Assembly (NCBI RefSeq): GCF_009834535.1
Contig: NC_045697.1
Span: 116,190,001-116,254,000, forward strand
DNA from: Camelus ferus
Taxonomy: Eukaryota
Reading direction: 5' to 3'
Length of the DNA stretch: 64,000 nucleotides
Numbering within the stretch: position 1 is the first letter of the stretch; every line of letters starts with the position of its first letter. The translations under genes and the position numbers were made by a program. Positions 10,782-24,919 of this stretch are shown here, piece by piece. The notes under the pieces were generated by a model that was not told where the DNA came from, did not search any database, and saw only the letters and a list, made by a program, of their open reading frames with translations.

Positions 10782-12633
10782 TTAAAATAACAGCTCTATT
10801 GAGATATAATCTACACCTTTTGGGGGGGGGGGCAGGAGGCCACAGCAGCGCTGAGCCACTGCACACAGCCCACCCCAGCGGTGCACGCGCCCCTCCCACG
10901 TCCGCTGGCTTGGCCAGCTGTGCCCTCCTCTCCGGGGTGGGGCTCAGGGCTCCTCTCCCGGGGTGCCAGGGAGGCTAGGACTCAAGACTCATCACCTGTG
11001 AAAAATTCAGTGCTTTGCTTTTAGTGTATAATCACCATCACAATCCCTGAACACTTTTACCACCGAAAAACTGCTCCCATCAGCACCCGTTCCTCATCCT
11101 TCCTTCCCCCAGCTCCTAGCAACTGTTAGTCAACTTTGTTTCCGTGGATTTGCCTATCCCGGGCATTCTGTGTGAACGGAATCCCACAATGGAATTTACG
11201 ACCCTTTGTGACTTGCTTCTCTCACTCAGCACAGCATCTTCCAGGTTCGTGTCTCTTGTAGCCTATAACACTTTTCCCCTTCTGCTGCCCAATAACACTC
11301 CTTTGCAGAGGTACGCCACATTGTGCTTACCCACCCACCCACAGATGGACATCTGGATTTTTCCTACTTTGGGGCAAGTGTAAATGATGCTGTTACAACT
11401 CTCACGCGTGAGTTTCTGTTAGGACAGCCGTTTTCAGTTCTCATAGGTATATACCAGCGGGTGGACTTGCTGCTAACTCTGCGTTTAGCTGTTTAAGGAA
11501 CTGCCACATTGTTTACTTAAGTGGCTACATCATTTATAACCCCATCAGTGGCGTACGAGAGCTCTAATTTCTCCACACACATCCTTGTCAGCACTAACAT
11601 CTGCCTTTTTTTATTTCAGCCTTCCCAGCTTTGCTCCAAGTGGCGTCCAATTGTGGAGCTGCTCTGCATGTCCCTAACGACCAAGGATGCAGACCATTTT
11701 TCATCTGCTTATTGGTCATTTATACAACGTCTTTAGGTAAATAGCTATTCAATGCTTTGTTTATTTTTTAATTGGGTTGTCTTTTTATTTTTCCACTTAA
11801 AGAATTCTTTATGTATTCTGCATAGAAGGCTCTTTTCAGATGTATCATTGGCAAATATTTCCTCCCATTCCCTGGGCTGTCATTTCACTTTCTTGGATGG
11901 TACCCTTTGAAGCACAAAGTTTTTAATTTTGACGAAGCCCAATTTATCTATTTTTCCTGTTTTGTTTATGCAATTAGAGTCACTGTTAAGGAACCATCAT
12001 GTAATCCAAGGTCACCGAGATTTACTAACATCTTTTCTTAGAAGTGCTTCTTCTATAGCTGCTTCTTCTATTGAGGTCTAGGATTCATTTTGAATTATTT
12101 TCCACATAACATAAGGTCAAAGGCCAACTTCATTCTTTTGCATGCGATGTCCAGCTGCCCCATCTCCCTCTGTTGACAATACGAGTGCTCCCCACTGAGC
12201 TGCACTCTCGGTGAAAATCAGTTGCCCGTATTGTGGGTGCCGATGTCTGGACCCGCAGATCTACTTTGCTGGTCTGTGCGTCCACCCTCCCGCTAGCCCC
12301 ACACTGCCTCCTCTGTGCAGCTCTCCAGCAAGCCTGAAATCAGAAACTGTGAGTTCTCCAACCTTCTTCTACTGTTTTGGGTGCCTTGTGTTTCTGTATG
12401 AATTTTAGAATCAGCATGTAAATCTCTGCAAACAAGCCAGCTGGGGTTTTAACAAGGGTTGCACTGAACCTGTAGATCAACTCAGGGAGCATGACTGTCA
12501 TAACAATATTAAGTCTCCCAACCCACGACGTGGGACGTTTTTCCATTTACTTAGACCTTCTTTAATTTCTTTCAGGAATACTCTGTACTTTTCAGTGTAC
12601 AAGTCTTGCACTGCTTTGGTTAAATTTAATCCT
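10782..12633 (-). mobile_element. Old L1 (L1MB-like) 3'UTR plus ORF2 3' remnant, interrupted at about 10816-10990
   Basis: aacagctctattgagatataat 3' terminus; ORF 12340-12546 (SWVGRLNIVMTVMLPELIYRFSA) is L1 ORF2-like. Confidence 0.85.
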
Positions 12634-13955
12634 CTCTTTTGATTAAGGGGAAAAAAGTCTATTACCTTGGGAATACCTTTGAGAACAAGCCAAACTAGAC
12701 GTGCAATTAGATTTCATATACTAAGGGCACAGATCAGGGACAATGACTCACAGAATAACTATGTAAGGAATCTGAGACCTTTCTAAGAAGGTACCAAGAG
12801 GGTTTTCAGCCTAAAATATTTTACTGTACCCCTTAAACAATACTATGATGTGTTAAGGGGGGGAGGACCTCATTTATAATTCTCAAGTGTCCCAATTTAA
12901 AATCTATCAATACCAGAAATTTAAAGTGTCACCCTCTGATGGTCAACTTTCAAATAAACTGACAGCCTTTAATTCTATTCATCTGTAGTCTTTGTTATTT
13001 CCCACAGACCTTTCAAAAGCTACTTTAAGACTGAAATCTAAAACTAGACCTAGAAATTCAATACAAATCAGAAAGCTAAACAAAACCTTTCCCACCACCT
13101 AATTATCAACGTGTGCACTCCTGAAGCTAATAGATCTTTAGAAGCAATCATACTCCAATTATAATATTCTACTTGCAGGCAAAGAAAGCCAATAAAAAAT
13201 GTGCTACTTAATGAGAAATGTTCTTTAATACTTTGTAATGGAAGGTCCTTCTGAGTAATCCTAAAGTTCACATTCCATTTTAGATACTATAAATGTGTGT
13301 AGTTTCTTGCAGTCATTAAATGGTGAAGACTGCCCTCCCATTTCTGAAGTGCTTACAGCCTGAATCTAATACGAAAGTCTTACATTTTTTTCCCTGAAAT
13401 ACCCATCAACCTGTTATAACTGTCCAGGGCTTAAGATTGCTCCCTCTAAGCAAACAGACAAGCCCATTTACATTCACTTAGCACTCCTCCGCCAAATAAA
13501 TCTACACTGACCAAGAAAGTTTGTTTCGGAAAGGATAGAAAGAAATAGGATTTTTCGAAAGCTGGAGAAGGGAGAAGTCTTAAAAAAAGAAAAATGACAG
13601 AATAAGACTTTGCAAGGTTGGAAATAGAGTGGAGGGGAAGAACAGCCTTCACCCTTAAAAGACCAGAGGCCTTCTGCAGCCGCACAGATAAATCACCTGC
13701 ACCTTACAGAGTCATGGTGGGTTTTTTGGAGGGGTGAGGGGTGAGTTTAAACATGTATCACACCGGCAATACACAAGCAAGGAGCCCTGTGCAGGGGCTT
13801 TGTGCGAGTATTTCAGACACTTAGCTAGACCATGAGCTTCCCAAGTGAATTCAACACGACATGACGACCGGAGCTCCCTCTATCACTCTCAGAGTAAGTC
13901 AGCTCAAAGGAAACTGTTTCACATGGTCTGAGCCTCGCAAGCTGGGAAACGCGAG

Positions 13956-14127
13956 GCGTGGGCGTCATTCTTCCACACGAAGCTGTCACGTGGAAGGCAG
14001 TTCGGTCTCGCTAGTTAGACAACTTTATGGATAGATTCTACCTAAACCTGAGATCTCTTAGGAAGGAGTGGTGAGAAACTGTCGAGCCGGCGGGGCACAC
14101 ACACGTGTCCATGTCACGTGTCACCTG
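13956..14127. promoter_or_regulatory. Candidate intronic enhancer motif cluster (EGR site, half-CRE, three CACGTG E-boxes)
   Basis: GCGTGGGCG at 13956-13964, CGTCA at 13963-13967, CACGTG at 13987, 14102 and 14115, CACCTG at 14122. The motifs are seen; function is inferred. Confidence 0.35.
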
Positions 14128-15802
14128 CAACCATCCCAGGTGTGGGCGATGAGGAAGAGCCAAAAAGCTTCAGAAAAGGCACCGGAGAATCTGACTCTGA
14201 TGGATGAAAGAAAACAGCGAAGAGCAAGGAAATGAAGTTAGAGGAGGGTCTGCGACCTCGCTGCTCTCCAGGGGAGAGCCCGGCAGGCAGACACCAGGCT
14301 GCCCGGCGATGAGGGACTGCAAGGAGGGCAGATGGCGCTGACAGGCTGAAAGGCGGTGCTGGGGGGGCACGTCTCTCCTCCCTTCCTGGGGCAGGTGCAC
14401 CGGGCGGTCTTCTGGAACGCGCAGATAGGGCCTTGGGGATCTTCCTACCATTTTCTCCCACCCTCTCCCCAGGGGTCCAGCGACCTCGCCTTCTCCCCAC
14501 CCTCCCTCGGGGCACCCTGTCTGCCCTAAGAGCTAAAGAAGATGGAGGAACACAAGCTGGAGTGACCTGCGGGCTGGGACTCTTCCCTGGGGGCTGGCTG
14601 TCAGCATCTGCGTTTCCTAGGTCCAAACACATCTGCAGGTGGTCCAGACTTTCACAGCGCACCCAAGACAGATCAACTGCACCAGCGGGGAAGGAAGAGA
14701 TCCGCGGGTACCAGGGGCCCCTCCCGGCCGCGCTCCCTACACTTTCTGCCCTCCTCTCCCCTCTGTGGCCTTTATTAATACAACCTACGAGTGGGTGAGG
14801 AGCTGCTTTCACAGCCAAGGAAATGAGGCAGCTCCCAAGCTAACCCAAAATCTGCCCCACTCGCTGCCTCCCAGAGCGAGTTTCCTCTTAAGAGCAACCA
14901 TGAAACCTGTGGCCTTCCAGGATTTATCTTCTTGGAATCTCTTTTTCTCCCTCTGCACAAGCAAGACATTCACAGAATGAAGTTACATTTCAACAAAGCT
15001 GATGATGGAAAAAAAAAAAAACCACGCTGGCATGCTTAATCACCGAGAGTGTTCCGATTGTCCTTTGTGTCAAGAAACGTTGGTCTGCAAACAACCCTCT
15101 AACGCCCTGCACTGCACCACCAGAGACAAGTCAAAGTCACATGACTAGGACTGTTGTAAGGGCCCTTTAAAGTTATTTTCCCCCCAAGTTCTCTGGTCTT
15201 GGATACAAACAGGAACCTGTTGTTTTAACCAGGAAGCAGCATTTTTTTTTCAGAACAATAGATCTCTTCTAGGAAGGACATCCTTTCTTCAAAAATAGAT
15301 GTTATTTGAAGGCAGATAAAAGTCATAAAACCACTGTAGACCAGGAGGCAAGAACACTGGCCGGCCAACTGGAATGCAGTTTTCCATGAAAAAGACTCTC
15401 TTCTCTCTCTCTCCCTCTCATATTTTTTTTTTTTTTTTGGTCCAAATGTAAACCATGTATCAAAACCCAAAAGCACCCTCTAAGTGACTAGGACAGTGGC
15501 GGCTCACAGCCTGACAGAACCCTCTGGCTCGGAGTCTGTAAACACAACCCAGGCCCCATGGGAAAGTCGGGGAGGGCTCTCCACCCTGGGCACCCTCCCT
15601 CGTAGCCCCTTGGAGACTCACCCCGGACGCAGCCTGACTTGCAGCACACATGTAATTCACTGACAGCTAGGTTTGAATCTCCCTGTTTACCAGCACTAGG
15701 GGCTGGCTAGCAACTTACGTTGAGTTTAACATGATCTTTGAAGAGCAGAGGGAAAGGAACTACCCCTCACACACCCCTCCCCGCCAACACAGACTGTAAA
15801 CT

Positions 15803-15820
15803 GGGGGGGGGGGGGGGGGG
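15803..15820 (+). repeat. G18 homopolymer
   Basis: Read directly. Confidence 0.95.
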
Positions 15821-18800
15821 CCACACTGTGTGCTCTACTAGGAGAAAAAAATCCTTTCCCTTTAAAATGAGTTTTGCTTTATATATGAAGCTATGCATTT
15901 AAACTATAGTCAGGAGTAAGGTAGCCAAAGGTACAACCTTTCTGTTGTAGGATAAATTAAAAAACAAAAAAAGTAAGACTGATTCCTTTAAAAAGACTGC
16001 ATCTAACTCATCAAAGAAACTAAAGTCAAGACGGGCTACAGCTGGCAGCCTGTGGGGACAGGAACCAAGGCCAGAGGCCGGGGAGGGGACATCGGGGGGC
16101 AGAGGGGACAAAGGGAAGCACCCCCTGCCCCGCCAGCAGCCCCAGGACCAGGAACTGCCCACCCAGGTTACTCTCCCTCGCAAAGATGGGAAGGGAATTT
16201 ACCCTTCCTGGCCAAAGATCACCGGCAAGGAATCTGAGAGTAACGTCCCGAACACTGTCACCAAGGACAGTACAAGCCAGAATGTCCCAGGCTCAAGCTT
16301 ACGTCCACGGCCAAACCAGGGAGGGGCAGACAGGCGCAAAGTCGGCCAGCCCTGCTGTGCCTACTGACGTCGGGGCTAAGCTTAGGCATTTCAGCTGTGA
16401 AAGCCCCAATGCTTCTACACTAAAATATGTTTTAAAACCATCCTCAGAAGGACAGTGGGAAGAATATGGGCTGGGGTGTCAAACGGAGCAAAGCCTTCAT
16501 CCTCACCCCATCCCCGCCGAGACGTGTGCCCTGGATGTGCTACAGGGTGAACGCTCTCTACTCCGCCCAGGCTGTGTCACTGAAGCATAACACTGTAACA
16601 ACACTCGGCACATACAGACCTTTGAAAGAGTAGCCGATTTTATTACCTATAAGGTCTGAATATAGGAGCGCCAAGAATTATAAAATGTAAACTAGTCCTG
16701 GAATTTATGGACGTGGGAATTTTTATAAATCATTGCGTCTTTTCATATGTATCTCTATCTCCCCCCCAAAAAAAGTTGAATGAATGATTTTTAAAGGGCA
16801 CCGGGATGTCTGCTTTACATAGCCAGGTTCTCTACCAGGTGTGCTGGTAGAGTACACACCTGCCAGCACTTTTCACATCTGTCTTGTTCAAGCCGCCTGC
16901 TTCCGGAGCTCCCCAGGCTGGCTCCCAGTGAAGCCCACACCAGCCACCTCTGCACCCCTTCCACACAAACGGCCAGCAGCTTTGGGGTCCAGACTAACAC
17001 AAAGTCCCTCAAAACACACTCCCCTCCCTCTGACCTGGTGAACAGTGCTCGCCCACCCCTGTCTCCCACCTGAGCCCCTGCAGCTCTCACTGGGGCCCCC
17101 ACAGGTGTGCGGTCACTTTACCTTCCAGGGTCCACCCTGTATCTCCTCGGTCAGAGAATAAACGCTCTGAACAAAGGTGCTGTTACCTTTTACCCCTTGT
17201 TCTCATCTCTGCATCGGCCCCAGGCAGTGAACCCACTGGAAGCAGAGGAAGAAAGGGGCAGTCCTCTCGCCAGAGTGGGGGTGATGGAAGGCAGGAGCCC
17301 CAGTGAACACCGCCCCCAGGAGTAAAAGGGACAGAGGGGACCGTGTCTGCAGTCTGGGTGCCAGGGCCGGGCGGTGCCACCCCCACCTGGTCCAGCAGAG
17401 ACAGTTCTGCAAATGGCCACCAGGTGGCGGGCCAGCCTGACAGCCCTTCCAGGGCCTGCTCACACGCACAGTCACACGGAGGGGACCCGAGTCTTCACAG
17501 GGAACACCAGGGGTCCTTTCTCCTCTGTCCCTAATGAAAGGGGACACAAGGCCAGGGGGCGAACACAGGCCCACCAGTACTCTCACTAAAGTCACTTACT
17601 GCAGCATCCCGAACCAGCCTGCCCGCCTCACCCCACCACACACGTCTTGGGAAAGGGCCAGGGCGTTTAAAACAAAATGTCCCATCACTACACTGCTGAG
17701 GCGTCTTGTGCCCTTGGTGCCTCATATCCCAGAGGGTGACATCACCTCACCCTTCAGGGAAATGCAAGAAAAAAATCCCGGGTGGAGTGTTCAACGTCCA
17801 GGCAAATTCTTAAGCATGCTCTTCAACAGCCAGTCCAGCCCCAGGCCCGGGAAGGATGTCTTTGAGCTCGTTCACGTGCACCCGGAGGGGTGGGCCTCCT
17901 TCAGGCTCACAGGTCAGAGCCCAGGCAGCCTGGCGCTGCGCTACTGGTCCCCTGCGACTCTGCCGGGCGGGGTGTCCTCAGCCAGGGGCCCTGGGGCACT
18001 GCACCCTCACAGGACATGAGGGCAAGGAGTTCCAGAATCAAGACACAGGTTCCAGCTCTCCTGTTTGACCAAAATTTCCTCGGGTGTTCTTTACAGCTTA
18101 AAAAAAAAGTGTTTCTCAACAATTCCTTGACTTGAGACAAAAGCAATTATAAAGTCATTATGTCTTGAATGAACCACAAAATCACAAAAAGGACCTTGGG
18201 GCTGACCAGAGCACACCCTCATCCACGGCTACCCCACCTGATGCTGGGAAAGTCACGTTTCAGGAGGCGGTTGGCGGGGGGGGGGGGGCTTCCTGAGTTC
18301 AAGGAGCAGGGGACTGTCACACAAGAGCCTCCTTCTCTGTCTCCTTCGTCCTGAAGACAATGCACGCGTCAGTGGATCAGTGGCCACAGGCATCCCAGGG
18401 CCGTGAGATGAGCCGTGCTGCTCACACCCCATGGTCACTGTCACGGGCAAGGGAAATAACCCCATGAGCAAATAAGTGTCACTCGCGAAAGCTGAACTTT
18501 CTCATTAGAATAGTCGACATGAGTTGTAGCTAAAAACTCATCCTGTGGACCAAAATAAGGAGACTCTCAAGCATCTAGATCAGCCCACAATTCCTGCTTT
18601 GGGAGTCGGTGCATTTCCCCTCAGGACCTTGCACACCACCAGGCAGACCGCTTCCCGGAGTCCACGTCCCTCAGGCAGCAAGGACAACTTGTCGAAACAC
18701 ACCTTCATTTTGAAGTAACTATCTTATCTCAGGCTCTCAGACTGCAAAGTGTGTAGTCAGATATTAATTTCACGTGTAGAGATGACCACAGTGGAAAAGC

Positions 18801-20087
18801 ACCTGCCGTAAACTGAATGCCGACCTCACCTCTGCGCTCCGTGAATGAGCAAGCAGGCAGAGAGTGACTGCATTTTAAGTTCTCACTGAACATTTGATTA
18901 AGTACAACCTGAAAGGCAAATCAGCTGTACACACATGTGCACACACGTGCCCTCCCTCTTGGATAAAATGATGCTTGGATTGTCTTCTATTTCAATTTTT
19001 TGAAAAATGAGCCAAACACGCCCCACCCCCACCCAGTTCTCCTATAATGACACAGTTAAAACTCTGGGCTTGGTGTTTATTTCCCAGGGATGGCCTGGCT
19101 CTGGTTAACCCTGCAGGAACCCAGCTGGCATGAGTGGGTGGAGGGGACCCCCCCCCACCTCCAAAAACCCCGGCTGAAGGCCTGGCTCTGCAGAACCACC
19201 ATCAAGACACTTGAACTTCCAGAGGTGATCTAACTCCAGATGCTCCTTCAACGGGCTGCATTCTGAACCATGCACGGTGCAAATGTCAGTCTTCCTGCAG
19301 GAGCGGGAGCTCAGACAGCCCTGCATAACAAAGGCACAGAGGCCAGGGTCACCGAGGACACAGGCTCTTCAATGCCTCTGAGCAGAGAGGAAGCTCTTCT
19401 GAATGGAAGCAGGTTTTAAATATAGAAAACCTCACTGCTGCCATTTTTCTAGGACAAAAGACGAAAATAATTTGACATCTGTTTTCCCATCTTGAGTGCT
19501 TTACAGAGGAGTGAAACTACCAATAGTATCTCTTATTCTCCAACTTTTCCATTTCTCAAGAGGACAAGAGAGGCAGCTGAGAACATTCCACATATGCAAT
19601 TAAAGCCTTCCAGCTCTGTTCGTCAGAAATGAAAGAAAACGTTGAAGAAATTTTACGTATGATTCAAAGCTGATCTCTTTCAGATCTGTCCGTAATAGGA
19701 GAGGTGGCTGCGAAGAGAAGTTACCTGTCCAACCAGATAAGCAGGGGGTGGGGGGGAGCAGTTACAGAAAAAGAAGCACATTCCAAATGGTGGAGAAGCA
19801 ACAGAGACTATTAAAATACGTACACACAATTCTAATCAAGCGCTCCACGGGAAGAGCAGCGGGCCGTAGTTTCTGAAGCATCCTGCCTTTCGATCACGTT
19901 TCAAACATCTAACACCTGGCCTCATGCTCCTGCAGCTGTCCTGCCTCCCCCAGCTGCACAGGACGTGGCTTAAATCTGTCGTGTGCACGTCCGATCTCAG
20001 TGACGGAATCCATCACATTCAGAAATGAGCATCCTAAACAAAGACCTTTGGCCTTCACAACAGCGATACCCTGACATCACCTCCCAC

Positions 20088-20096
<9 letters not shown>

Positions 20097-20144
<48 letters not shown>
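20097..20144. repeat. (AC)24 microsatellite
   Basis: Read directly. Confidence 0.95.
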
Positions 20145-20146
<2 letters not shown>

Positions 20147-21119
20147 CCTGGAGCCCTCAGAGCATCCTTACCAAGATTCCCCAGGCGCCAGGGACCTACC
20201 ACCCCAGGAAGCCAGTTACCACAAAGCAGCCGTCCCAGGCGGGAGGAGATGAGAAGGAAGGGAAGAGGTAACTTCCCTGTGGGATTCGCTAAGCAATTCT
20301 GACACCACCACCAAGATACAGTCTAAAAATGCTCTGAGCAGCAGCACCAGGTTATTCTAAGAACTGTGTCACTTGGAGACATGATGGAGGTTAAGGGAAT
20401 TTATTTAGATATATTCATCCCTGTCTTATTTTAAATTTCACTTCATTATGGCTTGACCATCATTTTTAGCAGAAAATGTTAGTAAATAAAGTCACTCGAT
20501 AATTATGGAACCAAATCTACGACATTAGACTACTTGGACCTGGCGTGTCATTTAACCTTCCTTAACCCTAACTAACACTCATGGCAGGTACATGCTGCCT
20601 CTTAAGGCACTGCATTACTCACAAAGGAAAATATTAGATGTTGCTGAACTGGTCCCCTTGGTCTTTTCAAATCTCTTACACTTCAGCACGCCAGTGGGGA
20701 CTCTACCAAACATCTATCCAAGGAGGCCGGTCACCTGTGAGTAGAAGGTTCGGTGCAGAACTCTGCAACGCAGAAGGAGGTCTGGCGCACCCGCAGACCC
20801 CTCCTCACCCCACACCCCTCCCCCAAAACACTCACGATGATTCTACCTTCGGTATTGGTGCCCTGAGAGAAAATTAAACGTTTACAAATTTAAAAAGAAC
20901 AGGAAAAAACAGAATGTGTACTTTTTCTTCTTTATCACCCTTTTTGTATCTTCTCTGAAATTAGTAAGCCCTTCAGAAAGCACACAGCATTACACGTGCA
21001 GTGAGAACACCCCCCAGATTTCTAGACCATTAACACTGTGCTTCCCCCATCACTTCCAATTCCCTTCTCAGAAACGCACGTTCCCGCCTGGGCTGTCTTC
21101 CCCGACCCTTCCAAGTCCT

Positions 21120-22200
21120 TTACAGCAACAGCACTCTCTCTGCCAAGATTCTGGAATGAGGTACACCCCTTTGGTCACTGCTCTCAACTATCCAGTTACT
21201 GTACAACCTTCTGGAATCCGATCTTTGCCCTGAAGTTCACTGAAATCTGTTTCTCAGGGATCACCCGTGATCTCTCTAAAACAAAACAGCACTGCCCATC
21301 CCCACTGTGCAGGCACTGTTGTAGGTGCCAGGGGTGCACCAGTCTACAGAACAAACAAAAACCCTGTCCTGTGGCCATCACAGTCCAGGGACAGAAGGCA
21401 CTGACCAAGCAGAGTATCAGGAGTGTCAGGGAGTGACAAGCAATGAGCAGAAAAGACAGCAAAGGGAGGAGTGTGACACATCAGGAAGGGGACACAGTGC
21501 CCCACCCCACCCCCCGCATCTCCTGGGCCCCTTGAGGGCTCTGCAGGCTTCAGGGGTCTCCCCAAGGTCAGCCCCTGGGCTGGTCCGTGAGCCTCACTCT
21601 TCTAAGGAGGAGGAAATCGCGTCTGCTCTCAGCCCAACTGCACAAGTAACTCCTAGACTCCGACTGTCCTCCCAGACCACCATGACCACCCCCGTCCCCG
21701 CCACCACGAGTGACCCTCTGAAGCTGCTGGTGCATTGCCTCCAACAGCAGCTGAAAGTCACACTACATTTCCCCCAAAACACCAGCTACTTCTGCCGATT
21801 CCTCCTCCTCCTCGGCCACCGGTACAAGTGAAAACCCGAAAAGTCACCTTCCCACTTGGAGTTGCTTGTGGCAGCTCTTTCCTCACACAATTAATTTTTT
21901 CAATCCTGTTAAGTTTCCTGTCATTCTTTTTTCATTCTATTTCCAGTTCAGGACTTTCCTGCCTCTCACCATGCATCACACAGACAAAATAAGGGACCCT
22001 GGACAGCTCTCCGTGCTGTCCCCTGTGCTCCTGGAACCCTTCGTGGACCACCGATTTGAACCCCATGCACAGGCACTCGGTGATTCCTGCACTCTGCACT
22101 CGGGGTCCCACCCGCGCTCCTCCGCCCCAGCCTCCACTGCAGGCTGGCCCGCCTCCCAGCCTCCTGACAGGCACCTTGACCAGGAAGCCCGCTGCCAGCC
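21120..22200 (+). mobile_element. Degraded LINE-2 fragments, including an oppositely oriented L2 3' piece at about 21305-21490
   Basis: L2-like motifs (ttcactgaaatctgtttctcagggatcacccgtga; reverse piece ccactgtgcaggcactgttgtaggtgccagggg). Confidence 0.5.
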
Positions 22201-24888
22201 CTCCCTCCCCATGACCCCCTAGGCATTTATTAGGGCATCACTCCTGAGGTAATGCCACAGGTTCATTTGTACTGTTGGTATTTTTCTACATAAAAATGAA
22301 GCACCTGAGGGAGCCAGCCTAGACGGGCAGTACTTGGGAGGATGTGTGCTCCTAGGGAGGGAGCCTCTCTTGTACCTCCTCACTCCCCATGAACCCCAGA
22401 AAGTGTCTGGAACTGAGGGATCCCAGAGCCTGAGTGGCAAGAGGGCTCCGTGGCGAGCAGCTCACCAGCTGCTGGAGGCTGGCTAGTCCTGAGGCTCAGA
22501 TCCCATAATAAAGTGATGACTGCAGTCCCAACGCAGCAGGGCTGGCCAGTATTCGCTACAGAACAAATCCATCTTTCCTCTGGGGAGGGTGCCCCTCGGA
22601 CCGAGCCGCCCATTCCCGTCCAACGCTGAGGACCTGCGTGGTCCAGGTTATGCCTCCACTCTTTGTGTGCTCAGAGCAACGACCCACAATTGTCCAGCTC
22701 TCACTTCCCAAGTTCTTATTTCTCTGCCTTCAAATCTTTTGTTTCTGATTTCTCTCTTATCCCCTGTGATCTTTTTGCCCAATCTTCCACAGCACCCACT
22801 GCTTGCAGTTTGATGGTTGTGTCCAACATGGGGTGGGGGCGGGGAGAGAACCCTGCTTCTATCCTTAATCTGACACATATTCTTCACTAATGAGTAACTT
22901 GAGCTTGCAAATCTCTAGGGGAAGAGAGGATGCATTTAATTCTATCCATGTACACACATAGAATACATAGAAAATCACTACCGAAACATCTGAGTTGTAC
23001 GTTTTCCTCTGAGTTAAAAATGCACTGACTTTAAAAAAGTAGTTGCACCAGAAAGAATTAAAACCTTGTACCAGGTGGCCCATTTTAAGTGTTCTATTTG
23101 AAGCAACATTACTTTAAACAAGGCTCCTTTACAATAAGTCATCATTTAATTAATATCCAAATACCTTGAGAGCCAATAATAGTTCAACAAAACAGCTGGA
23201 AATCAAATAGCAGATATAATTACTCACAGCTGGCTTTATTTGACTGATGTCATATTAAATAATTTATCCCACAGACCTTTTCCCTTCCCCCCAAAGGAAA
23301 CAAATTCCTTCAAGAAACACAGAAGGCTCTCTGTATTAACTTTTTTTTAAGTTTGCAAAATATATTCCAATATTAAAGATTTTCAGCAAGAGTATGTAAT
23401 ATTAAAGATTTTCAGTGGAGCATACTGTTTTTTGTTTTTTTTGGTACCATTCTGTGTGTTTGCAATATTTCTGAGTCTTGGAGTTTTGTTTTCCTTAAGA
23501 CTAATACAAAAACACTAAACCAGACTGAGTCACAAAACACAACGGACGTCTGCAGCTTTATGATCCGGCATTCAGTTTACTGTTTTGACAGTGGGCTCAA
23601 TTATTTTTGCAGAGACAGCCTGTCTCCACAGTGTAGTAATATAAAGTATCCAGAATATTGGTTTGAAACCTATTCCTTCAAGACATTATTTAAACCATGA
23701 TACTCTATCATCCCACCCATGTTATATGGAGGGTAACTTAATTATGATCACTAACAACTACCTATTAAACGCCAGACGTTGTACTGGACGTTCTGCATCT
23801 ACCATCTCTAATTTCTCTAACAGTCCCACATGTGGATACTTCATATCTAACAGTTACTAAAGGGGAAGAAATCAGAGACAGTTTTTAAACAGCTGCCCCC
23901 ACGCCACCGCCGCACACACAAAATCAGACTTCATAGTAAGACTGTCACGTATCTGCTATAGCAGACTTTTCAAATCCCAGAAAGATGCTCGTATTCATTC
24001 ATCTCATTCATTCACATTCATGATCATATCCTGGGATCCATTCATATTCTCTCCTCCCTCCCTCTCCCCTTCTCTCTCCTTAAAAAAAGAAAAAGAAAGA
24101 AAAGGAGAATTACCACGAGTGACACATGTTATGGTTATCTGTGCAGCAAACTTAAAACGGAAGTAACGCGGCCTTCATGAAACCTTACAGTTAGTCCTGG
24201 TGCTGTTTCAACTATGATATAACCACTCAGCAATCACCGCTCCAAAAAGCTAAAACTAAGTGCGTGCCCGTAGCATTCTATATTTAGAAATACAAGTCCA
24301 ATCATAACCTATCATTTTTTTTTAAAGTTCATCATTTATAAACTATTATCTATTTTGTCACAAACCCAAGTAATATTCACCACACTCAAAGCCACCGGCA
24401 ACCTCCGGAGCCTGAGATTCAGACCGTGGTCCCCTCACACGTCCTGCTGCTGCTTCACAGGCACCTGGACACCCAACAAGGTTCCCACGTCCACTCCTTC
24501 CCGACCCCCCTTGACCGTCGGGTACATCCATCGTGGCATCTTTTTAACTATAAAGCAGTTAGCACGTTAAATATGCCCTCGGTTATAATGTGCTGAGTCA
24601 ATGAGTAAAACATTTCTTCCAGTGCACTGAAAAAGGTAATTCTCATTTGCATGCCCACCAAATGATTTAAATAAGTTAATTTTAACACCAAATGTTCTTG
24701 GATTCCTCTACACAGTTCCACTGGACTGATTTTACTCCTGGATTTTAAGAAGGGTGAACATCAGTTTAACAAATTATTTTCTGCTATATAGCACGTAAAA
24801 AACATGGACTCAGGCAGCATTATTCACAATAGCCAAGGCATGGAAACAAGCTAAGTGTCTGTGGATGGTTGAATGGATCAAGATATGC

Positions 24889-24919
<31 letters not shown>

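Noticed and set aside
14114..14818. Longest ORF (234 aa, minus strand) and overlapping ORFs
   Set aside because: Pro/Arg/Gly/Ser-rich with no recognisable domain. Overlapping ORFs in several frames are expected by chance in GC-rich, stop-poor intron sequence.
23369..23425. 29-bp-period imperfect duplication (similar 30-bp one at 59564-59615)
   Set aside because: Ordinary short slippage duplications with no sign of function.
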